DNA from: a bacterium
GTDB lineage: Bacteria > UBA6262 > WVXT01
NCBI GenBank assembly: GCA_046759165.1
Contig: JBHIBS010000023.1
Location: 1 to 25,033, forward strand
DNA: 25,033 nucleotides
Direction: 5' to 3'
The number at the start of each line of letters is the position of its first letter. Position 1 is the first letter of the stretch. Both the position numbers and the translations under genes were made by a program. Under the pieces are notes generated by a model. The model had not been told where the DNA came from. It ran no database searches and worked only from the letters and a program-made list of their open reading frames with translations. This document shows, in pieces, positions 1-10,130 of this stretch.

Positions 1-53
1 TCGCTTTGTGAAGAAATTCCTTCCTAACCTTTAGTTTTGTGACCGCCTAATAT

Positions 54-251
54 TTATTTATCTTTAAATTTTTCTGAACTCAATTCACCTCCAATTCCCC
101 AGTTATGTTTGGGAACATCCCTGATTATCACTGTAACCGCTTCTTTGGGGCATCCAGTAATTTCTACAAATAAATTGGTGATCCCTGCCACCAATTTTTT
201 CTTCTCCTCAACTTTCCGACCCTCCCATAAATCTACATTCACTAATGGCAT
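54..251 (-). CDS. 4-oxalocrotonate tautomerase family protein
   Basis: 65 aa, N-terminal catalytic Pro (MPLV), GR at residues 11-12, W-G-I-G-G C-terminal motif; GAGGAGG RBS upstream. Confidence 0.9.
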   Translation of the reverse strand: MPLVNVDLWEGRKVEEKKKLVAGITNLFVEITGCPKEAVTVIIRDVPKHNWGIGGELSSEKFKDK

Positions 252-283
252 TTATTCCTCCTCAAAAATTTGGTAGTAGTTAG

Positions 284-312
284 ATTATATAGATTATAAA
301 CCTGAGAGTCAA
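284..312 (-). promoter_or_regulatory. sigma70-type promoter for tautomerase gene
   Basis: Minus strand TTGACT (312-307), 17 nt spacer, TATAAT (289-284), 32 nt upstream of the ATG. Confidence 0.75.
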
Positions 313-410
313 CCAGAAAAAGGATATGCTTCTGGTTCGATTTCGCTCCCTTCACCAAATCCCTCGCTTGGTAAACGCAGGGAGTCGATTCATCGAATCC
401 GCTTCGACTT

Positions 411-896
411 CTACGTAAAAAATTTATTTGCTATTAAGCCAGCAATAGGCGGGAAGAAAAACGTGCTGGCAACACGAATGAGTGTAAATTTCCAGCCCAT
501 TATGCTCACTTCTATCGGCAAGCGAGTAACTGCCCATAACGACCATCCTGTCAAAAATGCTACCATAGTTCCTACACTGGCACCTGAACGCAAAAGCCCT
601 GCTGCAATCGGTAAACTGACATAGGGACCGCCTGGGGCCAAACTACCCGCTACTGTACCGATGAGTATACCTCGTATACCAGATTCTCTACCTATCCACT
701 TTGAAAGAAGTTCATGAGATACAAGAATCTGAACCATACCCGCTACTATAAACGCAAAAATCACTAATGGGAGAATCTGGATTGTCATGTTCATTGCTGA
801 TTTCAATCCCAGGACATGTTCTCCCCCTCCTCTATAATAACCAATAAAGACAAGAATAACTGCAAGAAGACCCATTATAAATGTGGGGATTACCAT
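411..896 (-). CDS. Small predicted permease (DUF318/ArsP-like half-size)
   Basis: 161 aa, several hydrophobic segments, PGGPYVSLPIAAGL motif typical of this permease family; AAGGGGG RBS. Confidence 0.7.
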   Translation of the reverse strand: MVIPTFIMGLLAVILVFIGYYRGGGEHVLGLKSAMNMTIQILPLVIFAFIVAGMVQILVSHELLSKWIGRESGIRGILIGTVAGSLAPGGPYVSLPIAAGLLRSGASVGTMVAFLTGWSLWAVTRLPIEVSIMGWKFTLIRVASTFFFPPIAGLIANKFFT

Positions 897-1098
897 TTAA
901 ATACCCCCTTTTTATTCATGTAATTGAAAAATTTTGGAATGAGAGAGACCGGAGAAGGGTAACTGTTCCGAGGAATAAGTCGAAACGAGCCTAGCCAAGG
1001 ACGCGAGATGGCCAATGGCCAGAGAGGCGGAGCGGTTCAACATCCTTATTGACTGACTAATTATCGCGCGTTTCATCGACTCTCACAATAATGCCAGC

Positions 1099-1120
1099 CA
1101 CGCCAGCTATAAATGGCGTG
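1099..1120. repeat. Intergenic hairpin (REP-like or RNA-stabilising)
   Basis: CACGCCA-gctataaa-TGGCGTG, perfect 7 bp stem about 40 nt past the copA stop; no U-tract. Confidence 0.4.
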
Positions 1121-1157
1121 CCTTCATCTTGCAACCTCTTCTCACTCCGTCGCCTAT

Positions 1158-3782
1158 CTACATGTTCCTTTTGTATCTCTTCATTAATAGCGAATTGCTA
1201 ACTACAGAAACAGAGCTAAAAGACATGGCTGCGCCAGCAATAATAGGATTCAATAGAAACCCAGTAAACGGATAGAGCAACCCCGCTGCCACAGGAATGC
1301 CCACACTATTGTAGAAGAATGCCCAGAATAGATTCTGTCTTATCTTCTTCATTGTGTATCTTGATAAGTCCATAGACATTACCACATCTCTAAGATCGTC
1401 TTTAATGAGTACTATGTCCCCAGATTCAATGGCGACATCGGTGCCCGTGCCAATGGCAATACCAATGTCAGCCTGAGTAAGCGCAGGAGCATCGTTTATG
1501 CCATCACCAACCATGGCCACCTTCAAACCTTGCTGTTGAAGTTTCTTTATCTCGTTAGCTTTATCTTGTGGTAAAACCTCTGCTAAAACTTCCTTTATAC
1601 CCAATTGCCTGGCTATGGCTTCACCTGTCCTTCTGTTATCTCCTGTTATCATAACAACTTCTTTGCCAAATTCCTTGAGTGTCTTAATTGCCTGTTTTGC
1701 ATTTTCTTTTAAAGTATCAGCCACAGCCACTATTCCCATAACTGAATTGTCTACGGCGACAATCATCGCAGTTTTACCCTGTGTTTCTAAGTCCAAAAGA
1801 AACTTATCTACTTTTGACAAATCTATACTTCTCTCCCGCATCAATTTACTATTTCCTAATAGAATCATTCTATTCTGGTATTTCGCGCTAACCCCTCTTC
1901 CAGTTATAGAATCAAAAGCTTCTGGTTCAGGGATATCTATTCCTTTTGCTTTTGCCCCCTCAATTATTGCTTCCCCCAGGGGGTGCTCGGAATTCTTTTC
2001 TGCTATTGCCGCAAATCTCAACACATCGTTTTCACTCATCGTATCCAGCTTGATGACATCAGTTAATTCCGGCTTACCCTTAGTCAGAGTTCCGGTTTTG
2101 TCAAATATAATTGTATTTATATTACGAGCCAATTGAAGTGATTGAGCACTCCTAATCAAAATCCCATTCTGCGCCCCAATACCAGTTCCTACCATAACCG
2201 CTGTGGGCGTCGCTAAACCCAAAGCACAGGGACAGGCAATAATCAAGACAGCGATAGCGATAGTCAAGGCAAACACAAATCCCTGTCCAACCAGAAGCCA
2301 CATGGTAAAGGCAATTATTCCAATTAAAACTACTGCAGGAACAAAATAAGCAGAAATCTTATCTGCCAATTCTTGAATAGGGGCTTTGGAGCCCTGCGCT
2401 TCCTCAACAAGTCTTATGATCTGGGCTAAAGCTGTATCTTTGCCAACTTTTGTGGCTACAAACCTAAAAGAACCTGTCTTGTTAATTGTGGCGCCAATAA
2501 CTTCATTGCCTGGTGTCTTCTCCACCGGAATGGACTCGCCACTAATCATTGATTCATCTACACTGGAATGCCCATCAACTACTTTTCCATCTACAGGGAT
2601 TTTCTGTCCCGGCTTCATCAGAACAACATCACCAACAATGACTTCCTCTATTGGAATCTCTTTCTCCTGCTCATTCCTGATGACAATGGCAGTCTTGGCC
2701 TGCAACCCCAAAAGTTTCTTGATGGCTTCCGAAGTCTTTCCCTTGGCAATGGCTTCCAGCCACTTTCCCAAGAGGATGAACGCGATAAGAATCCCGGCTA
2801 CTTCATAATATAGATTTTCTATTCCGTATTTGGGACTACCCGACCATATCGCTATAGACACAAAAAGACTATAAACATATGCTGCACCCGTTCCCAGAGC
2901 CACTAAAGTATCCATATTGGCAGTTCTGGTTTTGATAACTGAACTAAAACCCTTAGTATAAAATTGGTAGCCTGCCATTATGATAGGAGTTGTAAGAAGA
3001 AATTGGATGAGAGCCATATTCCTTAGAATAGAATCCGAAAGCGACAAACCCAGGTGGGGTGCCATAGCAAAATATAGAAGTGGTATACCCAAACTTAACG
3101 AAATCCAAAACTTAATCTTCAGGCTTCTAATTTCTCTATGTCGTGCTTCTTTTTCGATATCGGGTGTAACTTCTTTCTCCTCAATTGGTGTATACCCTGC
3201 AGCTTTAATTGTTTCTTTTATTCTATCCTTAGTTAACAAAGAGGTATCAAATTGGATTTTTGCTCGCTCATTGACATAGAGTTCTTGCTTTGTAATTCCT
3301 TTAAGGCTATTTAATGCCCCTTTCACAGTGCTCAAACAATGGGGATTATCCATGCCAATAACTTTTAGGTTGAGCGTTGAGATTATCCCTCCCTCTCTTA
3401 TTGGCTTATATCCGGCCCTGGAAATAGCTTCTTCCATCTTCTCTCTTGTGACTTTGTTAGGGTCATACTCAATATGTGCCTTCTCAGAAACGAAATTTAC
3501 TTTCGCATCCGATACGCCATCAACCTTCTTTAAAGAATTTTCTATCGTAATCACGCAGGATGAACAATGCATGCCTGTAATCCCGATTGTCGTCTTTTCT
3601 TTTTTCTTTGAGGCAGCTTCAGTTTTTGATTCTGAAACTGGTTCCTCTTTCTCCACACCTAAAAATTTATCTCGACAAAGAGGACTACAGAAAAAATATT
3701 GTTTACCGTCTTTCTCTACCTTAATCGCTTTTTTCTCATCAACTTCCATTTTACAGATCGGGTCTATCGCCACCTTAATCAC
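1158..3782 (-). CDS. copA: Copper-translocating P1B-type ATPase with N-terminal YHS and two HMA domains
   Basis: DPIC...FCS YHS domain, GMHCSSC HMA, SGES, CPC, DKTGT phosphorylation site, [15 protein letters not shown] and M-x3-S Cu(I) motifs. Confidence 0.95.
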   Translation of the reverse strand: MIKVAIDPICKMEVDEKKAIKVEKDGKQYFFCSPLCRDKFLGVEKEEPVSESKTEAASKKKEKTTIGITGMHCSSCVITIENSLKKVDGVSDAKVNFVSEKAHIEYDPNKVTREKMEEAISRAGYKPIREGGIISTLNLKVIGMDNPHCLSTVKGALNSLKGITKQELYVNERAKIQFDTSLLTKDRIKETIKAAGYTPIEEKEVTPDIEKEARHREIRSLKIKFWISLSLGIPLLYFAMAPHLGLSLSDSILRNMALIQFLLTTPIIMAGYQFYTKGFSSVIKTRTANMDTLVALGTGAAYVYSLFVSIAIWSGSPKYGIENLYYEVAGILIAFILLGKWLEAIAKGKTSEAIKKLLGLQAKTAIVIRNEQEKEIPIEEVIVGDVVLMKPGQKIPVDGKVVDGHSSVDESMISGESIPVEKTPGNEVIGATINKTGSFRFVATKVGKDTALAQIIRLVEEAQGSKAPIQELADKISAYFVPAVVLIGIIAFTMWLLVGQGFVFALTIAIAVLIIACPCALGLATPTAVMVGTGIGAQNGILIRSAQSLQLARNINTIIFDKTGTLTKGKPELTDVIKLDTMSENDVLRFAAIAEKNSEHPLGEAIIEGAKAKGIDIPEPEAFDSITGRGVSAKYQNRMILLGNSKLMRERSIDLSKVDKFLLDLETQGKTAMIVAVDNSVMGIVAVADTLKENAKQAIKTLKEFGKEVVMITGDNRRTGEAIARQLGIKEVLAEVLPQDKANEIKKLQQQGLKVAMVGDGINDAPALTQADIGIAIGTGTDVAIESGDIVLIKDDLRDVVMSMDLSRYTMKKIRQNLFWAFFYNSVGIPVAAGLLYPFTGFLLNPIIAGAAMSFSSVSVVSNSLLMKRYKRNM

Positions 3783-3791
3783 CTCATTCGC

Positions 3792-5246
3792 TTATACCAC
3801 TTCCTTAACTTTGCGCGTCCCCTTCTTTCTTACTCTTATATTCCTTGGTTTTGGATATTCACCAGTCCAGCAATAGAGACACAGCTTCTCCTTGGGGAGC
3901 CCAATGGCCTTGACCATGGCATCCACAGTCTGGTATCTAAGTGTGGTAACTTCTAAATCGTTAGCAATCCATTCCACCATCTTTTTGTATTCTTTAGAAT
4001 TATGGTCTACATATTTTGCCACATTCTCTAAATCTCTGCCTTCCAGGCTGCGAATGGCTCTTCGGGCAGCGAGTTCATGGATGCTCCGCGTGGAGAGATT
4101 AAACCTGCATGGAAACATCAAGGGCGGGCAGGCGGGCCTTATGTGAACCTCTCTGGCCCCGCTGTCCCACAACTTCTTTATGGTGAAGTTCCTAAGCTGA
4201 GTTCCCCTGACTATAGAGTCCTCGCATACTACAATCCTGTTGTCTTCAACTATCTCTCTGACAGGAATGAGCTTCATCTTGGCTATCAAATCTCGGGTCT
4301 CCTGCGAAGGAGGAGTATAGCTCCTCCCATATCCAGGCGTATACTTCACAAGAGGTCGCCTGTAAGGCTTCCCGGACTCCATGGCATATCCCACAGCGTG
4401 TGCGGTTCCTGAATCGGGAACCCCAGAGACTACATCTACTTCTATATCTCTGTCCCGTTTTGCCAGAAACCTTCCGCATCTCTCCCTCACTGTCTCCACA
4501 TTTATCCCCTCATAGCTTGAAGCGGGAAAGCCGGTATATATCCAGAGGAATGCGCAGATTTGATTCATATCCCCGCCTGGCTTCTTCTGCGCCAGGCCCT
4601 CCTCATTTATCAGAACTATCTCCCCGGGCTCGAAGTATTTCACTGCTTCGAACCCAATATTTGGGAACGCACTAGTCTCAGAAGTAACTGCCCAGGCATC
4701 CTGTCGCTTTCCAACTACGAGAGGGGTATATCCATACCTATCTCTGGCGGCATAGACTCCATCTTTGTTCAGCAATAAAAGTGAGCAGGAACCATCTATT
4801 GCATCGAACATCTTCTCTATACCCTCTATCAAATTGTTCCCCTGGCTGATCAACTTGGCTACGAGCTCAGTTACATTAACCACACCTTTGCTCACTTCAC
4901 TGAAGGATATTCCTTTTTCCAACAGCCCTCCCACTAATTCTTCGATATTTTCTAAGAGTCCATTGGTGACTATACAAAACGGACCGAACTTGGAGTTTAA
5001 ATAAATAGGCTGTTCATCAAAGGCGCTAATAACGCCAATACCCTTGTTGCCCTTCATACGCTTGAAATCTTGATAGAATTTTGACTTAAACTGATTCTGG
5101 CTTATGTCATGTATCTGGCGGGTGAAATCCTCTCCCAGCACTGCCATGCCCCCATATTCTGTCCCCAAATGCGAATGATAATCCGTTCCACAGAATAGAA
5201 TTTCTGCACAATCTCCCTTAGAAACTACTCCAAAAATCCCGCTCAT
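3792..5246 (-). CDS. purF: Amidophosphoribosyltransferase-like protein lacking the N-terminal catalytic Cys
   Basis: VPDSG, EDSIVRGT PRPP loop, four Fe-S-type Cys (ICAF, FPCRF, CLYC); N-terminus is MSGIFG instead of MCGIFG. Confidence 0.85.
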   Translation of the reverse strand: MSGIFGVVSKGDCAEILFCGTDYHSHLGTEYGGMAVLGEDFTRQIHDISQNQFKSKFYQDFKRMKGNKGIGVISAFDEQPIYLNSKFGPFCIVTNGLLENIEELVGGLLEKGISFSEVSKGVVNVTELVAKLISQGNNLIEGIEKMFDAIDGSCSLLLLNKDGVYAARDRYGYTPLVVGKRQDAWAVTSETSAFPNIGFEAVKYFEPGEIVLINEEGLAQKKPGGDMNQICAFLWIYTGFPASSYEGINVETVRERCGRFLAKRDRDIEVDVVSGVPDSGTAHAVGYAMESGKPYRRPLVKYTPGYGRSYTPPSQETRDLIAKMKLIPVREIVEDNRIVVCEDSIVRGTQLRNFTIKKLWDSGAREVHIRPACPPLMFPCRFNLSTRSIHELAARRAIRSLEGRDLENVAKYVDHNSKEYKKMVEWIANDLEVTTLRYQTVDAMVKAIGLPKEKLCLYCWTGEYPKPRNIRVRKKGTRKVKEVV

Positions 5247-5317
5247 CTTTTACCTCTGTTATATTTAGTTTCAAATTCTAAAACAATCAAAATCTGAAAT
5301 TTGTAATGTGTAATTTA

Positions 5318-8300
5318 CTATTTCACTTGTTTATGGTATTCCTGTAATGATTTCACAAAGGTCTTTGGTCTCTTAATCAAATTCTCGATTCCATTAACAG
5401 ATGCCTGTGCACCAGCAATAGTAGTTATGAGAGGTACACTATAAAGAATTGCATGGGATCTTATCTTTGCCTCATCCTCTCTGGTCACCTTGCCAGCAGG
5501 AGTGTTTATTATAAGATCTACCTTACCATCTTTTATTAAATCGATTATGTTAGGTCTCCCTTCGTGAAGTTTAGGCAAAGTTTCTACCTCTATGTCATTC
5601 CTCATAAGGGCGGCTGCTGTACCAGAAGTTGCCATAATTTTAAACCCAAGGTCAGTAAGTTTCTTGGCAATGAACATTATACTCCTCTTATCCTGGTTCT
5701 TCACACTTATAAATACATTCCCCTTTTTTGGCAACCTTTGTCCAGCAGCTATCTGGCTCTTCCCATAAGCTACACCAAATGTGGAATCTATTCCCATAAC
5801 CTCCCCCGTGGATTTCATCTCCGGCCCCAAGATTGCATCTACGCCTGGAAACCTTATGAAAGGAAATACAGACTCTTTTACTGCAACATGATCTATCTCC
5901 TTTTCCTTGGTAAATTCTAACTCTTGCAGGGTCTTTCCAAGCATTATCCTAGTTGATAGCTTTGCCAGAGGAACCCCTATTGCCTTGCTCACAAATGGAA
6001 TCGTTCTACTTGCCCTGGGATTTACCTCCAGGACATAGACCACATTATTCTTGATGGCGTACTGGATATTCAAAAGTCCCTTCACATTCAATTCCTTTGC
6101 CATAGCATAAGTATTTTTCTTTATAACTTCTATTATATCTTCACCTAAGGTATAGGGCGGAAGGACCATTGCACTATCACCAGAATGGATCCCTGCTTCT
6201 TCAATGTGCTCCATAACCCCACCTATCACGCACCTCTTGCCATCTGCTATTGCATCCACATCAACTTCTATAGCATCTTCTAAGAATTTGTCGATAAGAA
6301 TTGGATGTTCAGGAGATGCCTCTACTGCTTTTTTCATAAAATTGCTTAAGCCTTCCTCATCATAGACTATCTCCATTGCTCTACCACCCAGAACATAAGA
6401 AGGTCTTACCACCACTGGATATCCTATCCTGTTTGCAACCTTCTTTGCTCCTTCGAATGAGGTAGCTGTCCCGTTATCAGGCTGGATGAGTTTCAATTTC
6501 TTAAGCATCTGTTGAAATCTTTTTCTATCCTCTGCCCTGTCTATAGAATCAGGGCTTGTTCCTAAAATCTTCACTCCTGCTTTGGCCAATGGGACAGATA
6601 TATTTAGAGGAGTCTGGCCTCCAAATTGAACTATCACCCCGATGGGTTTTTCAATATCCACAATATTTAATATATCCTCAACTGTCAAAGGTTCAAAATA
6701 CAATTTGTCTGAAGTGTCATAATCTGTCGAAACAGTCTCTGGATTGCAATTTACCATAATGCTTTCAATGCCCTCTTCCTTTAAAGCATACGATGCATGA
6801 CAACAACAGTAATCAAACTCTATGCCCTGCCCGATTCTATTGGGTCCCCCTCCAAGGATAAGAACCTTCCTATTCCCGGATGGCTGGCTTTCATCCCTGG
6901 TCTCATATGTAGAATAGTAATATGGTCTCTCCGCTTTAAATTCTCCTCCGCAGGTATCTACCAATTTATAAACTCCTTTTATATTGCACCTTTTTCTATA
7001 GAATCTTACCTTTTTCTCCGTCGAATTTAGAAGATAGGCAAGCTGCATATCTGAGAAGCCGTACTTTTTCGCTTTCCTAAGCAACTCTGGTGGGATTTCA
7101 ATTTTATATTTTGCATTTTTACTTCTATATCTCTTTATCTTTTTTTCCAGTTCTATGATCTGTTTCATATTGTCTATAAACCACCTATCAATTTTTGATA
7201 ACTCATAAATCTCATCAACCGTTAGTCCAAGCTTGAGACCATATCTGATGAAAAATAGCCTCTCATCATTGGGAATTCTTATTTTTTCCTTTATTTCCTC
7301 AATCAAATCTTCTGACGTTGATCTTAATGCTCCATCCGTGATTCTGTCTTTTCCGTCTGAACCCAATCCAAATCTCCCTGTCTCAGTAGACCTTATTCCC
7401 TTCTGGAGGGCCTCCTTAAAGCTTCTACCAATAGACATTGCCTCACCAACTGCTTTCATAGATGTATTTATGACCCTTTGAACTTGAGGAAATTTTTCAA
7501 AAGTAAATCTACAGATTTTAAATACGCAGTAATCAACTGTAGGCTCAAAGAATGATGTTGTCTTTCCTGTAATCTGATTGAGAATCTCTGGAAGAGTTAA
7601 GCCAACAGCCAATTTTGTAGCAACCCTGGCAATGGGGAAACCGGTAGCTTTAGAAGCTAAAGCTGAACTTCTTGAAAGTCTTGGATTGACTTCGATAATC
7701 ACAATGTGTCCATTATCCGGGTTTTGGGCAAATTGAATATTCGCACCTCCTCCCGTTATGCCAATCTTTCTTATAATCTTTTTGGATAGATTCACAAACT
7801 GTGCGTATTCATCTCCAGTAACGCTCTGGGATGGTGCAACCACAATGCTATCACCAGTATGTACACCCATTGGGTCCACATTCTCCATAGAAGTAATCAT
7901 AATAACATTGTCAACGTAGTCCCTCATCACCTCATACTCTATCTCTTTCCACCCCAATACAGATTGTTCCACCAATACTTGTCCCACCGGGCTTATCTCA
8001 AGGCCCTTTATTAGAAACTCCTCCAATTCCTCTTTATTATAAGCAGTAGAACCACCGCTCCCACCCAAACAATACGCTGGCCTCAAAATCAACGGAAACC
8101 CTATCTCAAGGCCTATCCTCATGCCCTGTTCCAAATTTGTAGCAATTCCACTTTTGGGGACATCTATCCCTATTTCTTGCATTGCCTTCTTAAATAGCTC
8201 TCTATCTTCAGCCCTTGAAATAGCCCCAACATTGGCTCCTATAGACTCTACACCATACTTTTCCAGTACACCTTCTTTCATTAAAAAATAGGCCAGATTC

Positions 8301-8587
8301 AAGCCCGTCTGGCCGCCCAGTGTGGGCAGAATGGCATCGGGTCTCTCCTTCTTTATTATCTCCGTAACCGCTTCTACTGTGAGTGGCTCAATGTATGTCA
8401 CATCTGCCATACCAGGATCTGTCATAATAGTAGCTGGATTGCTATTTACAAGGATTGTAAAGTAACCTTCTTCTCTTAAAGCCTTACAGGCTTGAGAACC
8501 AGAATAGTCAAATTCACAGGCCTGGCCAATAACAATAGGGCCGGAGCCTATCATCAATATCTTATTTATATCTTTGCGCTTTGGCAT
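5318..8587 (-). CDS. carB: Carbamoyl-phosphate synthase large subunit
   Basis: 1089 aa, [17 protein letters not shown], two ATP-grasp halves (HTGDS/EVNPR and [14 protein letters not shown]), C-terminal MGS-like domain. Confidence 0.98.
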   Translation of the reverse strand: MPKRKDINKILMIGSGPIVIGQACEFDYSGSQACKALREEGYFTILVNSNPATIMTDPGMADVTYIEPLTVEAVTEIIKKERPDAILPTLGGQTGLNLAYFLMKEGVLEKYGVESIGANVGAISRAEDRELFKKAMQEIGIDVPKSGIATNLEQGMRIGLEIGFPLILRPAYCLGGSGGSTAYNKEELEEFLIKGLEISPVGQVLVEQSVLGWKEIEYEVMRDYVDNVIMITSMENVDPMGVHTGDSIVVAPSQSVTGDEYAQFVNLSKKIIRKIGITGGGANIQFAQNPDNGHIVIIEVNPRLSRSSALASKATGFPIARVATKLAVGLTLPEILNQITGKTTSFFEPTVDYCVFKICRFTFEKFPQVQRVINTSMKAVGEAMSIGRSFKEALQKGIRSTETGRFGLGSDGKDRITDGALRSTSEDLIEEIKEKIRIPNDERLFFIRYGLKLGLTVDEIYELSKIDRWFIDNMKQIIELEKKIKRYRSKNAKYKIEIPPELLRKAKKYGFSDMQLAYLLNSTEKKVRFYRKRCNIKGVYKLVDTCGGEFKAERPYYYSTYETRDESQPSGNRKVLILGGGPNRIGQGIEFDYCCCHASYALKEEGIESIMVNCNPETVSTDYDTSDKLYFEPLTVEDILNIVDIEKPIGVIVQFGGQTPLNISVPLAKAGVKILGTSPDSIDRAEDRKRFQQMLKKLKLIQPDNGTATSFEGAKKVANRIGYPVVVRPSYVLGGRAMEIVYDEEGLSNFMKKAVEASPEHPILIDKFLEDAIEVDVDAIADGKRCVIGGVMEHIEEAGIHSGDSAMVLPPYTLGEDIIEVIKKNTYAMAKELNVKGLLNIQYAIKNNVVYVLEVNPRASRTIPFVSKAIGVPLAKLSTRIMLGKTLQELEFTKEKEIDHVAVKESVFPFIRFPGVDAILGPEMKSTGEVMGIDSTFGVAYGKSQIAAGQRLPKKGNVFISVKNQDKRSIMFIAKKLTDLGFKIMATSGTAAALMRNDIEVETLPKLHEGRPNIIDLIKDGKVDLIINTPAGKVTREDEAKIRSHAILYSVPLITTIAGAQASVNGIENLIKRPKTFVKSLQEYHKQVK

Positions 8588-8609
8588 GCTGCATCCCCTT
8601 TTTCAATGA

Positions 8610-8648
8610 GCACATCACCCTACACCCAGTGTGCTGGGTGATAAGTGC
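8610..8648. repeat. carA-carB intergenic inverted repeat
   Basis: CACCCAG-tgtg-CTGGGTG (8623-8640) with an alternative arm ATCACCC (8614-8620) able to pair with GGGTGAT (8636-8642). Confidence 0.5.
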
Positions 8649-8652
8649 GGGG

Positions 8653-9741
8653 TCATTTGATTCCTGAAAATCTTCTAAATACTTCGTTTACCTCCTCAAA
8701 CCCAGGACTTACCGGATAGTACTGGGTGGAAATAAACCTTAAAGGGCCACTTTCCATCTCCTCAATTGAGTCATCATTAACATTTCGCAGGGTAATGTTA
8801 ATATCATTTCTACCCTTTATTGAGTTCTCATCCACAATAAATGAATGGTTCTGAACAGTGATATCCCCCTTATATGAAGAAGGTGACTTCACTGGATAGT
8901 TTACACCGTGATGACCTACTTTGAGTTTTCTTAGTCTGCCTCCTAAGGCAAGACAGATAATTTCATGTCCTAAGGAAATACCTAAGAGAGGAATTTTGCC
9001 CACGAGCCTCTTAACTAACTCCACAATTTTAGAAATTGCTTCATCTTCTTCTGGTCCACTGGAAATGATCAAGCCATCAGGATTCAATCCAAGAATCTTA
9101 TCTCTATTAGTATTATAGGGTAATAACGTAATATTGCATCCCAGACTCTTTAATTGTTTGAGAAAACTATTCAAGATCCCAAGGTCTAATATAACTATCT
9201 TTGGTCCTGAAGGATTACCTTTAATTTCTGTAGTCCTTTTTACAGAGATATTTCTTATAAAGTCCTTTCTCATGTCTTTTTTATAATTTTTTAACCTGTT
9301 AAGTAAGTGACTAATCTTTGCCTCCTTGCACTCGAGCGGCACTATGGTCGAAACTATTCCTAACATCTGTCCTCTATCTCGAATCTTGACAGCCAATGTC
9401 CTTGTATCGACCTCGCTTATAGCAACAAGGTGTTCCTTCTTAAGGAAATTGTTAAAACTGTCCTCTGCCTGCCAATTGGAATACATTTTACTTCCCTCTT
9501 CTATAATCAAGGCCTCTATCCAACATTTTTTGGAATCATAAAATTTTTTGGCTACACCGTAATTACCTATCAAGGGATAGGTGAAAACCAGGATTTTGCC
9601 CGCATTTGCCGGGTCGGTCATAATCTCCTGGTATCCAACAACCGCAGTATTCAAAACCACCTCTCCTATCCTTTCTCCGGCTACCCCTATTGGGACGCCC
9701 TCAAAGTAGCTACCATCCTCTAACACTAATATTCCTCTCAT
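8653..9741 (-). CDS. carA: Carbamoyl-phosphate synthase small subunit, glutaminase-dead variant
   Basis: GEVVLNT..GYQE..TDP, TYPLIGNYG, VDTRTL, GHHG.NYPV, QNH; nucleophile motif GISLGHE, C-terminal QYYPV. Start moved to ATG 9741 (MRGILVLEDG, GGGAG RBS); ORF track begins at 9765. Confidence 0.92.
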   Translation of the reverse strand: MRGILVLEDGSYFEGVPIGVAGERIGEVVLNTAVVGYQEIMTDPANAGKILVFTYPLIGNYGVAKKFYDSKKCWIEALIIEEGSKMYSNWQAEDSFNNFLKKEHLVAISEVDTRTLAVKIRDRGQMLGIVSTIVPLECKEAKISHLLNRLKNYKKDMRKDFIRNISVKRTTEIKGNPSGPKIVILDLGILNSFLKQLKSLGCNITLLPYNTNRDKILGLNPDGLIISSGPEEDEAISKIVELVKRLVGKIPLLGISLGHEIICLALGGRLRKLKVGHHGVNYPVKSPSSYKGDITVQNHSFIVDENSIKGRNDINITLRNVNDDSIEEMESGPLRFISTQYYPVSPGFEEVNEVFRRFSGIK

Positions 9742-9793
9742 AATCTTCTCCCATTGATATTCCATTCTTGCCCAACCAGCTACCCTATATTTT

Positions 9794-9822
9794 ATTATAC
9801 CATAATATTCAAATATATTTAA
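9794..9822 (-). promoter_or_regulatory. Extended -10 promoter for carA-carB-purF-copA
   Basis: Minus strand TG-G-TATAAT at 9802-9794; weak -35 (TTAAAT) 17 nt upstream. Confidence 0.55.
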
Positions 9823-10130
9823 GAGTTTTTATTCTATTATTTTTGCGGTCGATTAACATATGGGGTTGAACTTTCATGCCTGTTAAATAGGGCTCTTAGG
9901 TCAATAAGAAATCTTGTCGAATGAAGAATAGATTACAGAGAAACGGACCCTAAAGTTTACAGACTTCTGGTGCTATACAGAATAGAAAAGCAGCGCGCCA
10001 ACGCTCTTGCCCAAACAGCTAAGAAGCCTATTCGCCACAGGCTTGTGTTATAGATAGTCCAACCCAGAATTTGATAGATAATAGGATGTGTCTCTTTTTA
10101 AAAAATGGCGGGCTTTTCAGCAGTTGTGCC

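Noticed and set aside
6-23. Rex-box-like TTGTGAAgaaaTTCcttc
   Set aside because: Right half-site poor and no target gene visible.
963-995. Hammerhead-like CCGAGGA...CGAAAC
   Set aside because: No CUGAnGA core and no stem II.
4246-4479. 77 aa - strand ORF inside purF
   Set aside because: Alternative frame within a conserved gene.
10105-10128. CTTTTCAGCAG resembling an IS/MITE terminal repeat
   Set aside because: No partner inverted repeat, target duplication or transposase found.
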